DNA of 63,544 nt, counting the filler, from Choristocarpus tenellus KU-1152 (taxonomy: Eukaryota; Protista; Phaeophyceae), in the NCBI GenBank assembly GCA_964200185.2. It is 12 parts of 12 records of this genome, joined end to end, with 100 filler letters (N's around TTAATTAATTAA, not from the genome) between each part and the next. Parts side by side here need not be neighbours in the genome. Positions count along the whole stretch, not along the records: positions 51,019 to 58,047 come from CAXNAD020006821.1; positions 58,148 to 63,544 come from CAXNAD020010923.1; 10 more parts are not named here. The stretch is one strand, 5' to 3'. Below the pieces are notes generated by a model. That model worked only from the letters and a program-made list of their open reading frames with translations. It was not told the origin of the DNA and searched no databases. The position numbers and the translations under genes were made by a program. Position 1 is the stretch's first letter, and each line of letters starts with the position of its first letter. Of the stretch, positions 56,006 to 63,544 are shown piece after piece.

Positions 56006-56482
56006 AAAAATATGTGCGAAACTCGTCTATTTAAAAAAATGCATATAGGACATTTTCTGAATCGTGTGGAAATTTTCCAAACGAGTGAAAGTATTGTAGA
56101 GGGGAGGAGTTTTGCCCTGTTTCACTGTTTGGGACTTGGCTTCCCACGGATATAGTATGACATTTTTACCTACTCCAAAACGTTTCTCGGAGTAGGTGAA
56201 ATGTGTATGTTATAAAAGGTTTGTTCAAAACAAGGATGTTGACACTTCCCAACAAACAAGATAGCCAAAATTACATCAAAATCGCAACATTGGATTTTGG
56301 CTCCCAAAAGGATGCGGCTCTATAATCTATGATACTTTGACTCAACAACAGAGAAATCAACCTTCGGAGTCAAACTTAGCCCTTTATTCATAGAAATATG
56401 GTTGAATTACAAAAGATAAACAAAAAAATGTCTAAAAATGGAAAACGTCCAAATTCTGGGTACCTCTCATTTACCTTGACTC
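56006..56482. mobile_element. MITE family B copy containing a nested MITE-A (56083-56343, AAC duplicated)
   Basis: Flanks align with 1150-1360 and end in CTGGGTACCTCTCATTTACCTTGACTC. Confidence 0.78.
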
Positions 56483-56790
56483 ATTATGAGAAACGAAATC
56501 GATGAATGACTGAAACCATCTCGGTAGGACCACCCAACTTGGCCTGTACTGTCCAAAGGAGGATGCTGTCGACAGAGTCGTATGACACCTGCATGTCAAT
56601 AAAGCACATTATCAAGGAGGCACTCTTCAATTGCCCAAGTTCTTGCAAAAAAAAGTGTGCACCACAAACATCACGTCAACGGTCCAATCCACATTGCTTC
56701 TTGGAGCAAAACCGACCGAGTGGTAGTCAATTTTACACCATTTTGCATACTAAGCCATCTTTTCTCGACCTGTGCAATACACCCCATTTT

Positions 56791-57049
56791 GAGTGAAAGT
56801 ATCTTAGAAGGTACGAGTTTTGCCCTGTTTGTCAATTTGGAGCTTGACTTCCCATGGGTTGCTTTGTGACATTTTCCTACCCCAAAATGTTTTGGAGTAG
56901 GTAAAATGTATACGTTATCAAAAGGTGTGTCCGGAACATGGACGTTGACATTTCATAACAAACATGATAGCCAAAATTACATCGAAATCGTAACATGGAA
57001 TTTTGTCCCCCAAATGGACGCTGCTCTACCCTCTTAGATACTTTGGCTC
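56791..57049 (+). mobile_element. MITE family A copy
   Basis: Both TIRs present; no clean TSD. Confidence 0.9.
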
Positions 57050-57804
57050 TTCATTGATTTTACGTGGAAAATTGTGAATGCAAAATTGATATTCCCCTTT
57101 ACACAAACAGGGTGACACCACGATTCAGCAAAGGATTTTCTTGCAATTGTACGAAACGGCATACTTTTTCCGTTTCTCGGAATCCTTATAATACAACCCT
57201 GCCCACCCCTCAGTTGGTCCAACTCTCGGGCAATACACCCCCCTGCTCAACATAGGCTCCCAGGCATCATACAATAACTTTGAGGAGTACTTTGAGTAAA
57301 ACCAACCGAGAGGGGGGGGGTGCCGCTGAGATTCAAGGGCCCCTCTGACTTTGTGGCGGCAAACATTTTTGGAGCAAGCAGTTCACTGGTCCGGGGGTCA
57401 TCCTGTCTGTTTTATGGGTGAGTACACTCAGTTTGCAGAGGCAAGCCACCCTCTCGGACTCTCGAACTCTCATTCTCCATACCTGCATCTCTTTTGTCTG
57501 AAGAAAGTCGAAAGACCCCTTAAAACTCCAAACATTCAAAACAACCCTTCCTGTCGTCCTGGTTAGTTCAACTCCTTGCGAGTGTGTGCCACCGGCGAAA
57601 TATCTCTGTGGTAGACACATCCAGCACTGTCCTTCTTCCTGCGAGGAGTTTCGATTACCTCACCTTTCCATTGCTGTGGTACGTTGTCCGACCGCCAAAC
57701 AGCGCAAGCGTTTTGTAGAGAACCTGCACAAGAAGTGGGTCCTCACCAAGCTCCAGATTCAGGAGTTCCATAAGATGAACTTCTCAGTAGGGCCCCCAAG
57801 CTTT

Positions 57805-58041
57805 GACACAAAGTATCTGGGGGGGGAGGGGGGATCTGTAAACAGCGGATCATGATAATGGCGGATGGATCATTTCATGGAGGTTGGGTTTGACCGAAAT
57901 GGTGCGCGGAAAGTGCGCAGATGTTTTTTTTTGTAAATGTCCTATAACGTTTTTAGGGCCCATTTTTGAATGGGAATCCATGACAAACCCCACAAATGGA
58001 CAAACAGGGAAAAAATCGTACCCTCTAAGATAGTTTAACTC
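57805..58041 (-). mobile_element. MITE family A copy with a garbled, G-rich interior
   Basis: Begins ..CAAAGTATCT-poly(G) and ends with a normal family A terminus; length about right; TTT duplicated. Confidence 0.7.
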
Positions 58042-58499
58042 TTTGAGNNNNNNNNNNNNNNNNNNNNNNNNNNNNNNNNNNNNNNNNNNNNTTAATTAAT
58101 TAANNNNNNNNNNNNNNNNNNNNNNNNNNNNNNNNNNNNNNNNNNNNTGTGTGCTTTACCATGTAATCTATCTGCTAGCTTCCGGCGACGAGCCTTACGT
58201 GCGCCAAGCTTTTCAACAGACAAATCCATCACCATCATCATTGCCGCTGTAGACCTTGAACGTCGATGGCAATGGAATCAGTCGTTTTAATCTTCGGCCC
58301 GTTGATACCCCCAGTTGCGGGGTTCTGCTAACCGCACCTCCGTCATCTTCATCTTCAGACTCGACCACCTCTCTCCACCCTCTTAAACTGGTGTTGCAGG
58401 TGTCGTGTGTCCATACTCTGCTCTTCTCGAAGTAAGTCTTCTGTAACCGACGGCCTCCTCCATTGGGACTCCCCCTCAAATCGATTTAACTCTAGCCTT

Positions 58500-61440
58500 G
58501 AGAAGTTAAGCACAATTCAATAAGTCGTGCTAGCTAGCATGTTAATGAAATTGGTGTTCCCAAGACTTGTATATGTAAATGACTTGATTAATTCCTTAAT
58601 ATGCAGAACAGGTTGTACATGAAGTAAGGAAGGTGCAAGGAAAGGAGAGAGAGAGTGAGCTTCAAGCTCAAAGGGGGTGATCACCTTACGATTCACATAT
58701 TCTAATAACACGTCACTCTAAATCCATGATTACTTGCTATGTTACTTGCTAAAATATTCCTTTTCTTGGATTCTTCTTGTTGTACTATAATAACTCGGAT
58801 AATATTTTCGTTGTCGCCTGACCAAATCATTACTATCAATTATCCCGTTATCCAACAATAATTCAACAACTCAATGTTTCTCCCACAGAATCATATTTTA
58901 CACATGAATAGAAAGCATATTCTTAACACCTACACAACAAGTCCCTAGTTTCTTCTTGACTTCTTATCCCTACAGTTTCCGGGGAACCAGATTCTGCAAG
59001 GCACCCCTATTTCTGCCCGATCCTAGCACGATTTCCCCCAGGTTCAGGGTGGTCTTGGTTGTCCTTTGACGTCAATTGCATCGGATGTGATGACTCTGCT
59101 AGTCGTGCCGTTATGGCAGACACGAACTGGTCGAATGACTTGTCCGTATCTTGATTTCGGGGGTCTCTTCTAGCTAGACGTCTTCGGCCTTTCCTGGAGG
59201 GGTGGTAGTTGTTGCCCCCAGGGTTGTTCCAACAATCTTCTGTCGCATGTCCCCGCCTTGATCTCGCACTATACACCCTTCGAATTCACATACTGGGCGG
59301 GTATCAGAGGGCTTGGAAAAAGTTGGGGGGAAGGATCGCAGAGATTTATCAGGCCCGTTAGTTCGTCTCTTGTTTTCAGTTGTCAGATTTCTGCGTTGGC
59401 CCTTTCCAAATCGCCTGCAAGAGTCTTTGCCACGGTCAACAGCAGTCCAAGGTCAGAGGGTCGTAAATCCATTGGGTGTAAATTTCCCAAGTTATCGACA
59501 GATATACTGGAGGTCACCACATGAGCAAACGATCCTCTGTCTAGACTTGACATTGCAGATGCTTGGCCAACTGCTGCATCAACTAGTGCTGCGAAATTCT
59601 CGGAATGCTGAGGGTTCGAGCGCAAAACTCCTAGAATAGCAGGTGTAATACACCGACATTGAACTCCCAGTATCGGAGTCTGTCCATGAGAAGGGAAATC
59701 AGGGTGGTGGGAGTCAGGTCAACGAGATCAAGGTTACACCTGTCATGTGGGTGGACTCTCAATTCAAGTACAAAGGAATCGATTGACTCAATTACCCGTC
59801 TTGCAAACGCCCGAACATCCTCCTTCTGTTCCTGCCAAATATCAATCATATTGCGGAACGTTCTGTCTAGCGGATTTGGCACAGAAAATTCCTTCAGGCT
59901 TGCCGCAACATATTCCTCCAAAGAGGCTACATTCAACGTTTCATAAAACGATCGAACATTTGCTTGGTCGGGACTGGTACCTCTAGGAATTTGATGTTGG
60001 AAAAGGCGCATACACATATTTCCAAGTATTTGTTCGTATGTAGCAATCTGGTTTTCTTCCACAGACGATCTATTCACCATAGCAATAGCGCCTACTCGAT
60101 TTTGAAAATCATGAGTATCTTCCCAAAATTGGCTACGGGGGGACAACCTTGCTCTTGAACGTCCCAAAAACGCATTGGGGGTAAATCCTTATGCGAGGGA
60201 TATTTCACAACTAAGGGGTTGCCGTGAGGGTAATCAGAAGCAGGCGGGTTGGTTGAATCTGCAAACACATAACTCATCTTCATATTCAGCGTTTGCATCG
60301 AGGCAGCCACCAAACCATGATCGCGTGCGGAGTCCCCTCCATCGCTTCATTGACAATCTTCTTGGCAAAGACGAGCTGGCGGTTTGTATATGTCTGGATG
60401 TTGAATGTCACTGCTGCACTGTCTTCGTATTTCTCTTCATGATCTTTGCCTAGCACGCTGTACCGGTTCAGGCCCGGATTACGGGCAGGACCAGTTGAAA
60501 CACCAGTAAACCCCTGAGCTACCGAGCAGTGTTTCAACAGGACCTTCCCTCAGCCTCTGCACTGCCATCCCTTCCTTCTCTAGCGAGCCACCAGGGATGC
60601 CTCTGTCTACAGACGTAGACGCGGAACTCGGTTGAGGTTGGGTGTATATATATTGAGTGAAACTATCTTAGAGGTTAAGAGTTTTGCCCTGTTCGTCCGT
60701 TTGGAGCTTGACTTCCCACGGGTTTTTAATGACATTTTCCTACTACGAACTATTTTGGAATAGGTAAAATGTATACATTATGAAAAGGTGCGTCCTGAAG
60801 AAGGATATTGACACTTCCTAACAAAAATGATAGCCAAAATTACATCAAAATCACAACATTGGATATTGGCTCCCAAATGGACGCGACTGTACCCTCTAAG
60901 ATACTTTGACTCATTACCCCCCTCATTACCTCCTTCGGCTGGCGTTGCATAGGTCATCTTCTTCTTCCCTTTGCGTGTCGCTGACCTCTCCTTGGTACTG
61001 CTGCTGGTATGAGTTGCAGCAGGCATGGCAATAGTAGTGTCCGGCATAATGTGGCATGAGTTAGCCCCCCTTGAACACTAGGCGTGAGTACCACTGTGAA
61101 AGAAGGTGCCAAGTTCTCTGCTCAAGGGGGCAATCATAATCACCGGACTGAAACTCCTTCACCTCAGTGGGTGAGACCGAGTTTCAAAGGTCTTGCTCAT
61201 ATCTCAGAAGAGATGAGGAAATCCAGAACAGAACAGAAGCCTTAAAACACAGCAGATATTCCCGAATGATTGAGCAACATCACAGCAAATAAATCAATCA
61301 GAATCGGAATGGTTCTTCGTTCTGATAGTCCATTTTGGCTCTTTGGTCAAATCTGAATTTTATGGGTGTGGTTGGTTTATTGAACTGGTCGGTATGGATG
61401 AGCTCAAATGACGTGGTTGGCGCGCGCAATTGTATATGAC
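58500..61440 (-). mobile_element. Decayed LTR retrotransposon 5' part: LTR end, PBS-like site and gag-like region with a zinc-knuckle remnant
   Basis: On the minus strand, ...CA-g-TGGTACTCACGCCTAG (61096-61078) precedes an ATG at 61047; broken ORFs include RGHATEDCWNNP; interrupted by MITE-A. Confidence 0.55.
60655..60912 (+). mobile_element. MITE family A copy in the gag-like region
   Basis: Both TIRs; ATT duplicated. Confidence 0.92.
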
Positions 61441-61443
61441 CGC

Positions 61444-61701
61444 GAGCCAAAGTATCTTAGAGGGTAGAGTCGCGTCCATTTGGGGGTCAAAATCCAATGT
61501 TGCGATTTTGATGTAATTTGACTATCGTGTTTGTTAGGAGATGTCAATATCCTTGTTCCAGACACACCTTTTCATATCCTATACATTTTACCTACTTCTT
61601 AACATTTTGGAGTAGGTAAATATCATAAAAAGAAACATTTGAAGTCAAGTTCCAAATGGACAAACAGGGAAAAACTCGTACCCTCTAATATACTTTTACT
61701 C
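61444..61701 (-). mobile_element. MITE family A copy
   Basis: Both TIRs; CGC duplicated. Confidence 0.92.
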
Positions 61702-61799
61702 CGCGCGTCTTATGCACAGTGTGTGTCGGAGATCCCAAAAAGGAACCTGTCCCTGACATATGCATTAATTTTATTATTTTGCCTAACATGTTGCAGATG

Positions 61800-62411
61800 T
61801 GTTACAGGCGTCCCTCAATGCTCACCTTCCCAGGATGTACAACTCAAATCCAACAATCTTAAAACGACACTATGGGGGCGTTGCCTTTTACAACGGGTTG
61901 TAGGGTGTCAGATAGCCTTTCTCTTGATACTCCACTCAGTGCTTAGCTCAAAGCTTGACTCAATGTTTCGTTCAAAGATAAAAGACTGGGCCATAAGGGA
62001 GGTAAAAAGTGTGCCACTAAAAAGCTCTCTTATTATTTTCATCATCCACCCAATTTCGTTGNNNNNNNNNNGTCTTCTATCAACTACTCTATAGGTACTC
62101 CAATCATAAGTCTTTATTCTTGAACTTCTTAGTGACTTTGACATTTTCCTCTGTAATCATAGATATTCCGAATCTTACTCTACATCTTCTCAAAATAATA
62201 ACTTATTCTGTAAGGCTACCTATGTGTTACTAATATCGTATATAGTCTGTACTTGTCAGAACTCGAGAAACAATCCTCACACTGTACGTCTGTTATAAAT
62301 GTTCGTATTTCCTAAAACACGAGGAAAAAATGCTCACGCTATTCGCGTGTAACAAATGCTCGCACTTCGTTGGAACACAAGAAGAAATGCTTGCGATATT
62401 CGCCTGTAACA
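61800..62411 (+). mobile_element. Family D element inserted into repeat family E
   Basis: Perfect 11-bp TIR TGTTACAGGCG/CGCCTGTAACA; TSD GATG/GATG; the rejoined flanks match 24851-24905 and 42701-42756. Confidence 0.9.
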
Positions 62412-62639
62412 GATGTGTCAGGTGGGAAATAAATGAAAACTATACATGTGTCAGTGTAAGCCCTAAAGAAATAAAATATCATAAATGGGGAAAACATTAT
62501 AAAACACTGTAAGTGTGAAAAACAGTAATATCTTACTTCACCACTATCAATATGATACTACTGCCTTACTGTGCTTCCCATCTACCTTCTCCTGCGCCCC
62601 GGGGGGAGGAGCTAGGGAGGCATCCCAAGAATCCAACAA

Positions 62640-62910
62640 ACCCCTCTGTGCCCATCTCCCTGGTGACTCTCGTTTAAAGCGCATGACACGTCTAGACAGT
62701 GCCACTTGCGTAGTCACCGAGACAATTTGACGTAGACGGGATCTGACTACTCCTTTCCTGCAATATCCTCCAGCTCCTCTCCCCCCCACCATGTGAGTAG
62801 CCAGCTCATTCAGGAAGCATTCCGCTTGCTTGCTGAGGCGACCAAAACTTCCCACCCTGAAAGTGTTGAGGTTCTAACTACGAGGATCAAAGGAGCCCTC
62901 GTAGTGGGCA
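62640..62910 (-). mobile_element. 3' fragment of a CRE/R2-like non-LTR element
   Basis: GSFGRLSKQAECFLNELATH..LRQIVSVTTQVALSRRV resembles the tail of a restriction-like endonuclease domain. Confidence 0.65.
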
Positions 62911-63120
62911 TATTATACTATCATAATTGTTTGAAGCATGGCTTCAAGTTGTCAAGTTGACACTTTGTAATGAGAGAGGAGATGGAACGTGTTGAAGAGA
63001 ACAGTGGTGGACATATCTTCATTCACACATGTTAAGTAGTTGTTTGATAGAAGAAATATGCTTGATGCAGAAGTGTAGGCAACTTCCCACCTTGCACACT
63101 CATCCACCAGCAATGGTTTA

Positions 63121-63400
63121 GATGCTGGTGCAGCTGAGACGCAAAAGCACACCCTCTACGAGGGCTATTTTGATCCTCGTAGTTAGAACCTCAACACTTT
63201 CTCGGTGGAAAGTTTTGAGTGCCTCGATAAGCAAGCGGAATGCTTCCTGGATGAGCTGGCTACACACACGGTGGGGGGGAGAGGAACTGGAGGATATAGC
63301 AGGAAAGGACCGGTTAAATCCCGGCTACGCCAAATTGTCTCAATAACTACGCAAGTGGCACTGTCTAGACGTGTCTGTTGAAACCTGAATCGAATGCATC
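63121..63400 (+). mobile_element. 3' fragment of the same non-LTR family, opposite orientation
   Basis: YEGYFDP..TFSVESFECLDKQAECFLDELATH..LRQIVSITTQVALSRRV. Confidence 0.65.
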
Positions 63401-63544
63401 GTACATGTAAGCAAAATGCGTAATGTGAACAATGTGAAACCAAGTGAAAAAAACTCTTCTCAATTCCCCCCTGCTTCATGTCTTGCCAGCCTAGACTACT
63501 AGCGATGAGGAATCAGGGTGTTGCGAAGCACCGATGAGTGATAT

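Overview
This is not one locus. It is 12 short contigs of a fragmented eukaryotic assembly, joined by 11 artificial 100-bp spacers (N44-TTAATTAATTAA-N44). The intron-rich genes, CA/TAG microsatellites, scattered TTAGGG arrays and transposon types suggest a stramenopile, plausibly a brown alga; this is inference only. Partial spliced host genes read by hand are a protein-kinase C-lobe, a SNF2/RAD5-SHPRH-like helicase, a BAH-domain protein, a ZW10-like protein, a secreted/Golgi sulfotransferase carrying an unannotated Cys-rich module, and two unknowns. The rest is layered transposon debris: chromodomain-bearing Ty3/gypsy, Ty1/copia, a DD39D-type mariner, and non-LTR remnants. The most striking structure is a set of non-coding elements defined here from their ends. 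Three GAG...CTC-ended MITE families (Sola2-like termini, 3-4 bp TSDs) nest in each other and in retroelements; family A has about 13 copies plus 6 stubs at contig edges, where it decays into poly-G. A separate TGTTACAGGCG...CGCCTGTAACA family has 4-bp TSDs (solo LTR or Ginger-like). I found no clearly supportable novel enzymatic system. The best leads are these element families and the Cys-module sulfotransferase.
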